Below are positions 23,479-37,163 of a stretch of 64,000 nucleotides of DNA, one piece after another. The position numbers were made by a program, and so were the translations under genes. Every line of letters starts with the position of its first letter. Positions within the stretch are counted from its first letter, which is position 1. This DNA is from Dudresnaya verticillata (Eukaryota), in NCBI GenBank assembly GCA_977862235.1, contig OZ374564.1:2604001-2668000 (forward strand), read 5' to 3'. The notes under the pieces were generated by a model. It did no database searches, was not told where the DNA came from, and saw only the letters and a program-made list of their open reading frames with translations.

Positions 23479-24892
23479 GTTCCTCCGCTGTGTACGAATA
23501 CCACGGTAGCAGCCCGTTTGATGAAAGTCGTGTGCGGAAAGCCCTGTTTATCGCTCACTTGCTTCGATATCCATCTTCATCTTCTGCCATCAAGGGCCGT
23601 CGACTTTCCCTCTATCTCTAGGTACTGTTCCTTCCGGGCGTGAGCTGGTGTCCCTCCTCAGCTTCTACATGCACCGTTTGCACTCGAACCCTCCATGTCG
23701 CTTATTTGCTGATGATTGCCTCCACCATGGACCATCTCCGGCATTTATTCGCACAGCACTTCAGGTCTGCGATGAGTCGGCCCGAGACACAGGCATGTAT
23801 TGGTCCGTCAAGAAATGCGCTATCGTCATGCCAGCCCGGAACCGAAGACACCCTAACAACTTCACCTTTACCCTTAACAACGAGAGAATAGTGCATCAAC
23901 AAAGTGCCCGGTACCTGAGAATCGACATCCCATCGTCAGGAATCGGAACCGCAACAAAAATAAAGCGCGTGAGAAAAGCCCAGAGTGCAATGGGCGAACT
24001 TGTGAGAATGGGCCACCTAAGCTGAGAAATGCCTGATTGTTCCCTCCGCCCGATACTTCTACTCGGTCTTCATATATCCGATAATTGAACACGGACCAGC
24101 ACTCGTCCCGTTCACACGAGACCTAACGCAAGCTCTTGACAAGGACGATGCACAATTCTTCCGCCTGTGCATCTCCCAAGCACCACCAGTGGTTAGCGCA
24201 CCTCGCTTACGCAAACTACGAGCCCTATGCAGACTTGAGTCCCCAAGATTGCGACAAAGATCCCTACAACACAAAATTGTTCACAGCCTGCGCCGCTTGA
24301 CCCAGTGGCAGAACACTCTAGCCTCATGGCAGGAAAGTCGGACACTCACGGCATTATCAACCTTCCGACATCCAGGCATCCAAGATATTCTACGCCAGGG
24401 TACGCCCCCTACAATACTCGCAATAAGAGAATGGACAATAGCGTTATCAGGAAGAAGGACGGCACCGGTTTACAGCCATCACCGGCTACCGCTGGCTCTG
24501 CAACTCCCGGACCATCAAGGCAGGAAGTTAGCCACACGATGGAATCTAGGGACTTTCCCGATCCCACCCAGCTGTCCAGCCGCCCGCCTCGCGCTGCGAC
24601 TGCACACACAGACCGATGTCACTTCTATCACTCCAAGACCCCGCGACCCATCCGCCCGCCGCCGCCCGCGTCTGCGACGCCCTGCGATCCATCCGTCGTA
24701 TATGCCTCGAAGACTACCCCTCACCGCAGGCCACCCGGTGGATATGCCAACCCACTACCACATCTCCATTCTGTAGTGTACAACCCCCCGCCCATCAATC
24801 CACCGAGTGCCAGAAAATGGGTCAAAGTCGCCCACGCAGGACCACGATAAACAACAAATAAAATACGACGACACATAAACATGAATCATCAC
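23479..24892 (+). mobile_element. Truncated LINE, unit 2
   Basis: Copy of 14200-15613 at +9279. Confidence 0.8.
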
Positions 24893-25330
24893 ATAAAGGT
24901 TGTGCCCATTCACTAGTATTCGGCCACCTTTTTTTGCAGCTCGACGTATCCGCTCAATGGAAGTTAGAGTGGGTATAAAGAAGGTTCTATTTTCTAGAAG
25001 CTGCAACAGGTAAATGAAATTTGTTAGGAGACCGGGCAAGTTTTGTCACCACGCTCATCGAAAGACAATGAAGCCAGCTTGCGTTGCAACTTGTTTGAAA
25101 ATTTTGAATCCCCAGTGCATCGCTGTCGCAACAATCGCATAGAAATGATCCTCTGTACTACTCAAGGTAAGCAACTAAGTGCATTAACTACATACTTATG
25201 TAGCTTTCTTGATTCCTATAATGCCAAGAGCAGCAGAAATGGCAGATATAACAAAACATTGAGATCTGAGAAGAACAAGATGGAGATCGTATACTTTCTG
25301 GCTGCGTATAAATGCTACATAATCCGGCCG

Positions 25331-25834
25331 TTAGACAGACGCCGCATTCTGCTCAACAGCAATCCGCTCCCGAATCCCAACACCCATTCTCGATATCGTG
25401 CAGAAGTTAATCCGCCTCGGTGCTGCCGGCGCTGGCTGTGCCAAAGCGTTAAGACCGTCAATAATTTGCTGCCTGATATTGCCAATAACAGTCTCTACAG
25501 CATTTGTCCAGTGCGGGTGTGCATTTGGACCCTGCCCATGAACCCTGAAGAATTCGTTGCGATGGAATGCAGCTTCGACACGATTGGTGAAGTCCCTAAC
25601 ACGATTGAGAAGATCTTGAGTTGCAGTTCTCCCTCCCACTTGAACCCGAACGTACGTTTCCAATGCTCCCAACTCTTGGACTAGGTTCTCCGGAGTGGTG
25701 TTGTCCCGAAGGATGTAGGTGCGGGTACCAGCTGTGACTTGTGCAACTACCCTTCCAACGGCTTGTGAGTCAGTACCTGGCAATGAAAGGATCATCAGAA
25801 GCGAGAGGGAGCACACCGTAGCGAACGTTTTCAT
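25331..25834 (-). CDS. Secreted protein B, copy 2
   Basis: Protein identical to copy 1. Confidence 0.8.
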   Translation of the reverse strand: MKTFATVCSLSLLMILSLPGTDSQAVGRVVAQVTAGTRTYILRDNTTPENLVQELGALETYVRVQVGGRTATQDLLNRVRDFTNRVEAAFHRNEFFRVHGQGPNAHPHWTNAVETVIGNIRQQIIDGLNALAQPAPAAPRRINFCTISRMGVGIRERIAVEQNAASV

Positions 25835-27452
25835 TTTGCAAAAAGAAGTCTTGCCGTTCTTGTCTACTAAACTGTGTCGTTACAACTCAATCGAAATTCT
25901 GTTAGATCTTTGTGAACCTGAACTGCTGATCCGGCCCGAGAAACGTAATCTCAGAGGGAAACGAAATAAACTTACCAGCTGTCCTTATCGTTGCAAGTAG
26001 AGACGATAGTGAATATGAATATCGTAGGTTAGCTTGTGCGAACGGAAGATTGAAATTATTTGCTGGAGGACGTGTTGATGGTCGGTGCATGAACAGAGTG
26101 TCGAGATGACCGCTACTCCTCTCTTATATCAAGTTCTGGCTGAGCTCACATTTAGCGTATTTATCGCTGGTCGGTTTTATCCGATGAAAACACGAATTGC
26201 TTGTCGTTGCTCTCAATCATTGCCCGTCTCTCGCTGACCACACGACTGCAAACTGTTGCAGTGCCGTAGGCAACATATGATGCCTCCTTTGTACAACAAG
26301 TTCGTATCATAATAGTTATTATTTCTATAAGTTTGAGCCCTCCTCTGTCTATTCTTGTCCTGTTCCGAGAACAATGCGGAATTGGTACAACAGTAGGACA
26401 TGAGTCGCAGCTAGCAGATGATGGGCTATGTCATCATCTCGAATGGGAAAGCTGACATGCTGCAAATGGCTTAGCATCAGCAGTTGCCGGAACTACAGTA
26501 CCAACATCACCGACAAAGAGATGAAACTGGCAACGCGACGTAGACACCACCTGTGCTCCGGGAACTAACTCACAAGAAAGGGTTGGGCGTTGAATTACGC
26601 AATTATGAGGGTGTCTGCATTGATGCCTGCGGTCGCCCAATGTGTTTTTGACACGACAAAAAATTAGTAACATTGCAATTTTCTTGAATAAGCCCTCGCT
26701 GACGACGCTAGAATAACCTTCGAGGGTAGACAACAACCAGTTAGTTAGCAATCGCAAGTTCGCAGTGAAGTAGCTCGGCGAAACCGCCTACCGGAACAAA
26801 GTCTCAAAAATATTATCTGGCAGTATCCGTGAGGTAGTCCGCAGCAAACTCCAGAGGCTTGGCAGTGGAGTCTTGCTAGGAAGACCCACAGTTCATTCTA
26901 TATCTGGAATGCATGGGGCTGAGCAACAATTCGACTCAATCCCTCCAGCGTCATCTCCTTAGCCGGGATGAGGGCATTGCAAAAATGGGAACAGTATGAG
27001 GAGTTGCTACGGTGGTGGGTCAACTAGAATCTGAAATACCTTCACGCCTGTCGGGCTTCGATTTCCCATTCGCCTGGGCTTATCGTCCTAACGTTTCTCT
27101 ACCGCAACCAGGATGACCAGCTTACGTTGTTGTCGAATAGTTGGAATTTCTGGACAATACCAATATTGAACTACCCCTACCATAGCTTCCGAATGCACAA
27201 CTAGAGACAACGATACAAGCTGGGCTGCTCGGACCGATGCGGTATAAGAATCGGCGAGGAGAATTCTCTTTGCAATTACCGTCTCCAGTATCCATCACAC
27301 AAACAAACGAGCACTTCAAGTACTTCGCTTCCAATTCGCAGTGAACGGCGAGGACCTTAACCTCTTTTCAACTCTTCCGTCGTCCTTCCCCTCATCAGGT
27401 ATCAACAGCATCAATACCCGCAGATTTGCGAACTCCTTCAACTTCAAGAGCC

Positions 27453-27887
27453 ATGAATCGTTTGGTTACTTTGACGATTTTGATGGTCCTTTCCGTGGCA
27501 TCGGCAGCCGACGTTTCAAAACCGACGGGTTTCACGTTCGCAGACAAAGTCGTGGGGCATTGGAGTCCGGGAAATTGCTTTGGAAGGGCATCAGATTCCC
27601 GCTGCTGCGAGCACGAAGCTTACTGGTGCGGCAACCACAAGTCGGGGGCTCAGGCTCATTGCCAGTACTGCATCAATAACTGTCTTGCAGTTCCAAATGC
27701 TGGGGCGGTGCAAGTCAGAGTGGGCGGGACTTTCGAGACAAAGTACACCCAATCTGCTCTGGCTTGGGGGAAGCTGTGCAAACATGTTCATGACAATGTA
27801 GACTGCCCTACCCCGAGAGTCTGCCTACGTGATGCAAACTGCAGACACAAGGCTCTATCTCAGTCTATCCCCAGATGCACAGCTTAA
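27453..27887 (+). CDS. Secreted cysteine-rich protein C, copy 2
   Basis: One A>T substitution (GGTFE vs GGAFE) relative to copies 1 and 3. Confidence 0.85.
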   Translation: MNRLVTLTILMVLSVASAADVSKPTGFTFADKVVGHWSPGNCFGRASDSRCCEHEAYWCGNHKSGAQAHCQYCINNCLAVPNAGAVQVRVGGTFETKYTQSALAWGKLCKHVHDNVDCPTPRVCLRDANCRHKALSQSIPRCTA

Positions 27888-29687
27888 GTGCAAAATCGCA
27901 CATGCCCCAAGCAGATCTCTGGCCGTGGAGAAGCGTTACGAAATCGGGTGCGTTTCAGATTGGAGGTCAACTGCGGGTCAGTGTTGTTGAAACTACTGGG
28001 TGGGGTGTACTTGACTTCATTTTGTCATTCAGTAACTGTGATATTATTGCACTGTTCCAAGTTGAGGTAAATTGAATTTGTTCCTGCTCTTGTGAGGTGG
28101 AAGTTATAGTTTGTTTCATACATACACTGTTAGCCGGAAAGAAAAGTGCCCTTATACTTCGACCTTCCTGAATAATTTAACTTCCATCCGCAACCACCAT
28201 GAGGCGTCGTCGTCACAACGCCAAGAAAAAGAAGCAGCTGCTTCTAGAGATGCCGTTCTCTCTGGATTCATCAGCTTTCAAAGAGATGAAAAATGACATA
28301 ATTGGGGAGGGCATTGTTCCTCTTCTAGATGGTCTTTCAACTCATCTTCCTTTTTTGTTCACATCGGTAACTATGTACAGTGTTGGCATAAGACTCTCGG
28401 AATTTGGACACTAGCTATACAACCGAGCTTGTTTGTTAGCACGAAAGATATTTTCAAGAGCTTTGATACGGGGCCAGAATGAAACTTGTGGTTCTCGATA
28501 AAAGCAAGCGATCTCTTGGGGATTGACGGTGGAATAAGTGCAGCAATAGATGCACAGCTTCTACTACATGCAGAGGTACAGGCAGAGCTTTAGACATGAC
28601 ACGCCGCTTGGGGAAGAGTGGTGTTAAGAGACGTGTAATCTACTACACGGCTGCATACACTGTGCAGTGTAGGAGAAGACGGGACAGTCAAAGGGGATAC
28701 GTTTTTCTTTGTAGTCTCACTTTTTTCTGTTCTACCTTCGCAAAGGTGAAGGCAGTATGCAGAGCGGAATCGAGGTTAGAATACAGAGCCACTAAACCAA
28801 GCCTGAAGGAAACCCGTCACTACCTCTTCACCAACCCCTTTTGTAATGAAGAGCGCAGGACAGGGGCTCTGCAAACGATAATGTTGCTTGCCGGTCGTGT
28901 CTAGTCCAACATCAGCAATACCTCCACTATTCACACCGACCAGAATGAGAAAGCGTACCATCCTAGTCACGGCGGCCGAACTCTACACTTGATCAGAATC
29001 TGCAACATAATCTGCGAGCAACCTTCATACATTATCAACTTCACACAACCCCTCATCTTTTAACTTCCCTTTGCAACAGCTGCCCGTCTTGGAAAACCCA
29101 GTTCTACCAATCCGTGTGCATTTAATCTCCTACCGTTCTTCCTGCTTATCTGCAATGAAACCCCATTCCGAAAGCTTCCTGCTCCACTGCGCCCTTGTAA
29201 GTAATACACAGCCAGACTAGTCCTAAAATCCTAACAAGCCCACAATCCCATGCGTTTGAGAAGCACATTCTGCCTGCACATGGGCCTTCAGGTCGCCCGA
29301 GCGGGCGATAAAAGTGTACCATCACATTCCCATTAACTCGCTTTATTTCCACAGTTATCGTAAAAACAACCATGTTGTTGCAATATTTTTCTTTTGCTGC
29401 AATAGTATGCACAAGTCCTGAAGACTAGGTTCTAGTTTGATAGAGTCTACCTGTACTGTCAACTGGGAAATTTTGTTGAGACCTTCAATGCAATGGGCTT
29501 AACAGCGGCATGAAGTATGAATTGGCATCCCCCAACTTTATTGAGAAACGGTGAACGATGGGAAGGCACTAACAGCTTCCTCTCTCACTAATAATTGAAG
29601 GCCAGGAAGTATATGTTGGAACGCCACTGAATCACAAAGCAGCATTCAGTTGTGAGCGGCACCTTTCTAGCAGTGCGGAGGTAGGGC

Positions 29688-30071
29688 TTAGAGGTACAAG
29701 CCCGTGATTGCTTGGCTGAAGCGTGTAGATCCCGAAGTCCAATTAATCTTCAAGGTGTGAATGTCAATTTGAACATACAAGTTATACTGGCTGTTGAACA
29801 GATAGATCGACCACTGATCGTAATGTTTGAAGTCAAAGTCGATTGGCGTCGGAAAATGGAAGTGCCACGCCCATTTGGATCCGGAAACCTTCACGAATTT
29901 ACCATGTTTATACGTGGCGACGGTAACCTGGGTAGGGCTTATTTTGATGGCTGTGGAGAGATCGACCTTCTCGGCAGCATTCAGCTTTGTGGTGCTACTT
30001 TGTGGGGCAGCAGCAGTGAGTACGACCAGTACCAGGGACATGGCAACGAACAGTGGGGTAGAGGTCATCAT
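29688..30071 (-). CDS. Secreted protein A, copy 3
   Basis: Mature domain identical to copy 2. Confidence 0.8.
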   Translation of the reverse strand: MMTSTPLFVAMSLVLVVLTAAAPQSSTTKLNAAEKVDLSTAIKISPTQVTVATYKHGKFVKVSGSKWAWHFHFPTPIDFDFKHYDQWSIYLFNSQYNLYVQIDIHTLKINWTSGSTRFSQAITGLYL

Positions 30072-32757
30072 TATTCTTAACTTCGTTGAGGGTAGGTAGG
30101 CCTTGGGAGAGGTTGCACTGCAAGCAGATAAGTTGTAGATGGAATCGAATTGCAAAGAAGCGGGTAAAAGTAGTAGTTTGTTGAGATGCGAAGGAAGCAG
30201 GGATGGTGTCCACATGGTACTCGGCCTTTATATGCGATTTGGAGAGGATGACTAAGTAACTCTGTTTGTAGTAATAGGCTGGGCAACAATTCTGCACTGA
30301 TTAATGAGAAGAGATGCAGTTTTCTGGCAGATTACAGACTGGTGCTTATAAGAGAAGGGCGAAGAAGGGACAATAAAGCTGTCATTGGAATAGTGATTGG
30401 AGCATCACTGCACTGCTCTTATGTGAGACTTGTGTGTGATCGCCAAAACGTTTAGACTATGATCCAATAATGTTTCAGTGGTTCAAGTAGCACAGATGGA
30501 TAGAGAAGGGGGTTTGCATAGTTCGGTGTGGTCTCAAAAAAGCATTGTTTACGGGCAGCAGACAGAGTGTTTTCTGAGAGGTACTGGTGTCGGCCCTACG
30601 TAGAACTAAGTAGAAAAGAGCAAAATAATGACGAGAGAATGGTACTCTTGCGACCGTTCCATGTCCAGGAGTCGAGCCCTAAAGAGGGTTCATCTCTACT
30701 TCTAGCCAGACGGAAGCATTCCAAAATCCTGCGACTTGAGTAACGCTTTCTTCACCCGGACAAGTGTACATAGCATGCAGTTCAACAATGTCCGATGGTC
30801 TCCGCATAGGTGCAAGTGCACAAGACTTGAAATTTGGTACAGGTGCCTTGCTATGTCACGAAATGCCAAGTTGTGACGTTGGTTTTAAGTTGTGTTTAAG
30901 GCAGCCGTGCGGGGGCAGTATAAGGCCTATGGGTAGGTGGAATTCTAACGCGGGTTGGGCTGCTTCCTGCCTATCTGGTCGATGAGGGCAGGCCGATTTC
31001 CGTTCATACGTATAATATAGGTCATCCTGTAGGGTCCACATTTTCGCCTTGTGCGCACGTGAATGAACTTGGATCATTATGAAGGAGACCGACCCTGATA
31101 GAAGAGTATCAAGCCGGTTCTTCCCGTTGCAAGATTCTCTGGTGGCGTTAGGTTATTTTCAGCACGTGACTCAGAATCTGCCGAAGCTGCTGAAGCTACG
31201 CAGAACAGATGTGTTCACGTGAGTTGTGAATGAACCGCATAATACACTCGATATTGATGGATGGAAATAATCAGCAGTGGAGTTGCGTCGGAATTCGTGG
31301 ATCTCTGTACATAGCTACGCTGGATGGCCATACAGGTTTGAGGAGGCGTTTTGGTGTGCTCATTGCACACACATGCAGTACCATAACACTTGAGCACACC
31401 AAAACGCCTCCAGGTATGTCTTTGAGTCCCAAGTTGCTACTTTCGTCGCAAGACTTTGCGACTGATATTTTGCGATGTTTGCACGTGAAGAGCATGCAGT
31501 CACAGTTTTATGACTTGCTATTACCTTACGAGAGATTCAATTCATTCCCAGTCCAGAAATGCTGCGGTCAGCTGCAGGGATGAGCACAGAGAAACTCTGA
31601 GATCATCCAAGGTACCCTGGAATGACGCCAATGACTCCGCAATCTCAATCCCACTATACTCTATGGGTTATGCCATGCCCTGATCTAGAAACAGTACAGT
31701 TCCCCTATCACCTATCCAAAAGAAGACATTGTTGATGCTTGATGCGATTAGGGCGTTGACAGTCGATACGACTAGACTGGTGCTTAGATTCTCAAACGTT
31801 CTTCGCAAACTGTCACAAACGGCGTACTGATTGTTAAAATACGGGTTGTCTGCTTGTGTTTAACAATTGTTCAATATTCCTTTGTATAGCTAAGAATTCA
31901 GAATACAGAACGGCTTCCAAGAGTACCTCCCAAACAGCACGGGAGCTGCCATCGATCCATCCCTAGACACCAAGGTGGAAACGGGTGAACATGTAGCCGT
32001 TTTGTTCTTAAAGAATAATCTATTTGGGAAAATCCACTGCCGCATCTTGTTCATGCTTTTTTCCGCTCGCCTCCAACCGCATCTCGTACCGATGAAGGCC
32101 GCAACAATAGATATAGTCGAGGTCTGACACGCGACAGGTCTGGTTGGAAAGCAGACAACGACTCGATGTATTCCCAGCATGGCTGCTCAGCCCATTCCTC
32201 TCTCGTCGATAATCTCGCACACTCGCTTTGCCAGCCGACCAAAAGGGCAGCCCCCAAAACCTCCCCACTGAGACTCTTTCCTGACAATAGTCAAAAAACG
32301 GCCTGCGATGTGTTGCTACACATGGGCTGTCCATGCATCACCACGCTTGGCAATGTACAGGGCAGTTTATATATTTTATTGCCTGGACGTCGAATAGGCT
32401 TCTTCTTCGATTGAAGAAAGATGACAAGAGGGATTGAACTTGTTTAAACTTTACAAGAGCATTCTAAGTGCAACCGCATGTATAAAGCTGTGTCTATGTG
32501 CCGGCGCAGTATCCATGTTCTCTTTCCGGGGCTCAGAAGCTCGAGAAGCGAATGCCAGTACTTTGCTATTGCCGAAGTCGCGGCTCTAGTGTCTACTCTG
32601 AATCTTGCGATGAAAGGGATGCTTGCTAATATCAAGCCTCCGAGCATATTTGCATCCAGTGTCACCCCTCATCGTGAAGGGATGGACATATTTTCCATCA
32701 ACGTAGACACCTACGCTTCTGTGGGACCTGGAGCTCATCACGTCACTCGCACTACTG

Positions 32758-34170
32758 GTTCCTCCGCTGTGTACGAATACCACGGTAGCAGCCCGTTTGA
32801 TGAAAGTCGTGTGCGGAAAGCCCTGTTTATCGCTCACTTGCTTCGATATCCATCTTCATCTTCTGCCATCAAGGGCCGTCGACTTTCCCTCTATCTCTAG
32901 GTACTGTTCCTTCCGGGCGTGAGCTGGTGTCCCTCCTCAGCTTCTACATGCACCGTTTGCACTCGAACCCTCCATGTCGCTTATTTGCTGATGATTGCCT
33001 CCACCATGGACCATCTCCGGCATTTATTCGCACAGCACTTCAGGTCTGCGATGAGTCGGCCCGAGACACAGGCATGTATTGGTCCGTCAAGAAATGCGCT
33101 ATCGTCATGCCAGCCCGGAACCGAAGACACCCTAACAACTTCACCTTTACCCTTAACAACGAGAGAATAGTGCATCAACAAAGTGCCCGGTACCTGAGAA
33201 TCGACATCCCATCGTCAGGAATCGGAACCGCAACAAAAATAAAGCGCGTGAGAAAGCCCAGAGTGCAATGGGCGAACTTGTGAGAATGGGCCACCTAAGC
33301 TGAGAAATGCCTGATTGTTCCCTCCGCCCGATACTTCTACTCGGTCTTCATATATCCGATAATTGAACACGGACCAGCACTCGTCCCGTTCACACGAGAC
33401 CTAACGCAAGCTCTTGACAAGGACGATGCACAATTCTTCCGCCTGTGCATCTCCCAAGCACCACCAGTGGTTAGCGCACCTCGCTTACGCAAACTACGAG
33501 CCCTATGCAGACTTGAGTCCCCAAGATTGCGACAAAGATCCCTACAACACAAAATTGTTCACAGCCTGCGCCGCTTGACCCAGTGGCAGAACACTCTAGC
33601 CTCATGGCAGGAAAGTCGGACACTCACGGCATTATCAACCTTCCGACATCCAGGCATCCAAGATATTCTACGCCAGGGTACGCCCCCTACAATACTCGCA
33701 ATAAGAGAATGGACAATAGCGTTATCAGGAAGAAGGACGGCACCGGTTTACAGCCATCACCGGCTACCGCTGGCTCTGCAACTCCCGGACCATCAAGGCA
33801 GGAAGTTAGCCACACGATGGAATCTAGGGACTTTCCCGATCCCACCCAGCTGTCCAGCCGCCCGCCTCGCGCTGCGACTGCACACACAGACCGATGTCAC
33901 TTCTATCACTCCAAGACCCCGCGACCCATCCGCCCGCCGCCGCCCGCGTCTGCGACGCCCTGCGATCCATCCGTCGTATATGCCTCGAAGACTACCCCTC
34001 ACCGCAGGCCACCCGGTGGATATGCCAACCCACTACCACATCTCCATTCTGTAGTGTACAACCCCCCGCCCATCAATCCACCGAGTGCCAGAAAATGGGT
34101 CAAAGTCGCCCACGCAGGACCACGATAAACAACAAATAAAATACGACGACACATAAACATGAATCATCAC
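32758..34170 (+). mobile_element. Truncated LINE, unit 3
   Basis: Copy of 14200-15613 with a 1-bp deletion near 33253. Confidence 0.8.
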
Positions 34171-34608
34171 ATAAAGGTTGTGCCCATTCACTAGTATTCG
34201 GCCACCTTTTTTTGCAGCTCGACGTATCCGCTCAATGGAAGTTAGAGTGGGTATAAAGAAGGTTCTATTTTCTAGAAGCTGCAACAGGTAAATGAAATTT
34301 GTTAGGAGACCGGGCAAGTTTTGTCACCACGCTCATCGAAAGACAATGAAGCCAGCTTGCGTTGCAACTTGTTTGAAATTTTTGAATCCCCAGTGCATCG
34401 CTGTCGCAACAATCGCATAGAAATGATCCTCTGTACTACTCAAGGTAAGCAACTAAGTGCATTAACTACATACTTATGTAGCTTTCTTGATTCCTATAAT
34501 GCCAAGAGCAGCAGAAATGGCAGATATAACAAAACATTGAGATCTGAGAAGAACAAGATGGAGATCGTATACTTTCTGGCTGCGTATAAATGCTACATAA
34601 TCCGGCCG

Positions 34609-35112
34609 TTAGACAGACGCCGCATTCTGCTCAACAGCAATCCGCTCCCGAATCCCAACACCCATTCTCGATATCGTGCAGAAGTTAATCCGCCTCGGTG
34701 CTGCCGGCGCTGGCTGTGCCAAAGCGTTAAGACCGTCAATAATTTGCTGCCTGATATTGCCAATAACAGTCTCTACAGCATTTGTCCAGTGCGGGTGTGC
34801 ATTTGGACCCTGCCCATGAACCCTGAAGAATTCGTTGCGATGGAATGCAGCTTCGACACGATTGGTGAAGTCCCTAACACGATTGAGAAGATCTTGAGTT
34901 GCAGTTCTCCCTCCCACTTGAACCCGAACGTACGTTTCCAATGCTCCCAACTCTTGGACTAGGTTCTCCGGAGTGGTGTTGTCCCGAAGGATGTAGGTGC
35001 GGGTACCAGCTGTGACTTGTGCAACTACCCTTCCAACGGCTTGTGAGTCAGTACCTGGCAATGAAAGGATCATCAGAAGCGAGAGGGAGCACACCGTAGC
35101 GAACGTTTTCAT
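34609..35112 (-). CDS. Secreted protein B, copy 3
   Basis: Protein identical to copy 1. Confidence 0.8.
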   Translation of the reverse strand: MKTFATVCSLSLLMILSLPGTDSQAVGRVVAQVTAGTRTYILRDNTTPENLVQELGALETYVRVQVGGRTATQDLLNRVRDFTNRVEAAFHRNEFFRVHGQGPNAHPHWTNAVETVIGNIRQQIIDGLNALAQPAPAAPRRINFCTISRMGVGIRERIAVEQNAASV

Positions 35113-36728
35113 TTTGCAAAAAGAAGTCTTGCCGTTCTTGTCTACTAAACTGTGTCGTTACAACTCAATCGAAATTCTGTTAGATCTTTGTGAACCTGAA
35201 CTGCTGATCCGGCCCGAGAAACGTAATCTCAGAGGGAAACGAAATAAACTTACCAGCTGTCCTTATCGTTGCAAGTAGAGACGATAGTGAATATGAATAT
35301 CGTAGGTTAGCTTGTGCGAACGGAAGATTGAAATTATTTGCTGGAGGACGTGTTGATGGTCGGTGCATGAACAGAGTGTCGAGATGACCGCTACTCCTCT
35401 CTTATATCAAGTTCTGGCTGAGCTCACATTTAGCGTATTTATCGCTGGTCGGTTTTATCCGATGAAAACACGAATTGCTTGTCGTTGCTCTCAATCATTG
35501 CCCGTCTCTCGCTGACCACACGACTGCAAACTGTTGCAGTGCCGTAGGCAACATATGATGCCTCCTTTGTACAACAAGTTCGTATCATAATAGTTATTAT
35601 TTCTATAAGTTTGAGCCCTCCTCTGTCTATTCTTGTCCTGTTCCGAGAACAATGCGGAATTGGTACAACAGTAGGACATGAGTCGCAGCTAGCAGATGAT
35701 GGGCTATGTCATCATCTCGAATGGGAAAGCTGACATGCTGCAAATGGCTTAGCATCAGCAGTTGCCGGAACTACAGTACCAACATCACCGACAAAGAGAT
35801 GAAACTGGCAACGCGACGTAGACACCACCTGTGCTCCGGGAACTAACTCACAAGAAAGGGTTGGGCGTTGAATTACGCAATTATGAGGGTGTCTGCATTG
35901 ATGCCTGCGGTCGCCCAATGTGTTTTTGACACGACAAAAAATTAGTAACATTGCAATTTTCTTGAATAAGCCCTCGCTGACGACGCTAGAATAACCTTCG
36001 AGGGTAGACAACAACCAGTTAGTTAGCAATCGCAAGTTCGCAGTGAAGTAGCTCGGCGAAACCGCCTACCGGAACAAAGTCTCAAAAATATTATCTGGCA
36101 GTATCCGTGAGGTAGTCCGCAGCAAACTCCAGAGGCTTGGCAGTGGAGTCTTGCTAGGAAGACCCACAGTTCATTCTATATCTGGAATGCATGGGGCTGA
36201 GCAACAATTCGACTCAATCTCCAGCGTCATCTCCTTAGCCGGGATGAGGGCATTGCAAAAATGGGAACAGTATGAGGAGTTGCTACGGTGGTGGGTCAAC
36301 TAGAATCTGAAATACCTTCACGCCTGTCGGGCTTCGATTTCCCATTCGCCTGGGCTTATCGTCCTAACGTTTCTCTACCGCAACCAGGATGACCAGCTTA
36401 CGTTGTTGTCGAATAGTTGGAATTTCTGGACAATACCAATATTGAACTACCCCTACCATAGCTTCCGAATGCACAACTAGAGACAACGATACAAGCTGGG
36501 CTGCTCGGACCGATGCGGTATAAGAATCGGCGAGGAGAATTCTCTTTGCAATTACCGTCTCCAGTATCCATCACACAAACAAACGAGCACTTCAAGTACT
36601 TCGCTTCCAATTCGCAGTGAACGGCGAGGACCTTAACCTCTTTTCAACTCTTCCGTCGTCCTTCCCCTCATCAGGTATCAACAGCATCAATACCCGCAGA
36701 TTTGCGAACTCCTTCAACTTCAAGAGCC

Positions 36729-37163
36729 ATGAATCGTTTGGTTACTTTGACGATTTTGATGGTCCTTTCCGTGGCATCGGCAGCCGACGTTTCAAAACCG
36801 ACGGGTTTCACGTTCGCAGACAAAGTCGTGGGGCATTGGAGTCCGGGAAATTGCTTTGGAAGGGCATCAGATTCCCGCTGCTGCGAGCACGAAGCTTACT
36901 GGTGCGGCAACCACAAGTCGGGGGCTCAGGCTCATTGCCAGTACTGCATCAATAACTGTCTTGCAGTTCCAAATGCTGGGGCGGTGCAAGTCAGAGTGGG
37001 CGGGGCTTTCGAGACAAAGTACACCCAATCTGCTCTGGCTTGGGGGAAGCTGTGCAAACATGTTCATGACAATGTAGACTGCCCTACCCCGAGAGTCTGC
37101 CTACGTGATGCAAACTGCAGACACAAGGCTCTATCTCAGTCTATCCCCAGATGCACAGCTTAA
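36729..37163 (+). CDS. Secreted cysteine-rich protein C, copy 3
   Basis: Protein identical to copy 1. Confidence 0.85.
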   Translation: MNRLVTLTILMVLSVASAADVSKPTGFTFADKVVGHWSPGNCFGRASDSRCCEHEAYWCGNHKSGAQAHCQYCINNCLAVPNAGAVQVRVGGAFETKYTQSALAWGKLCKHVHDNVDCPTPRVCLRDANCRHKALSQSIPRCTA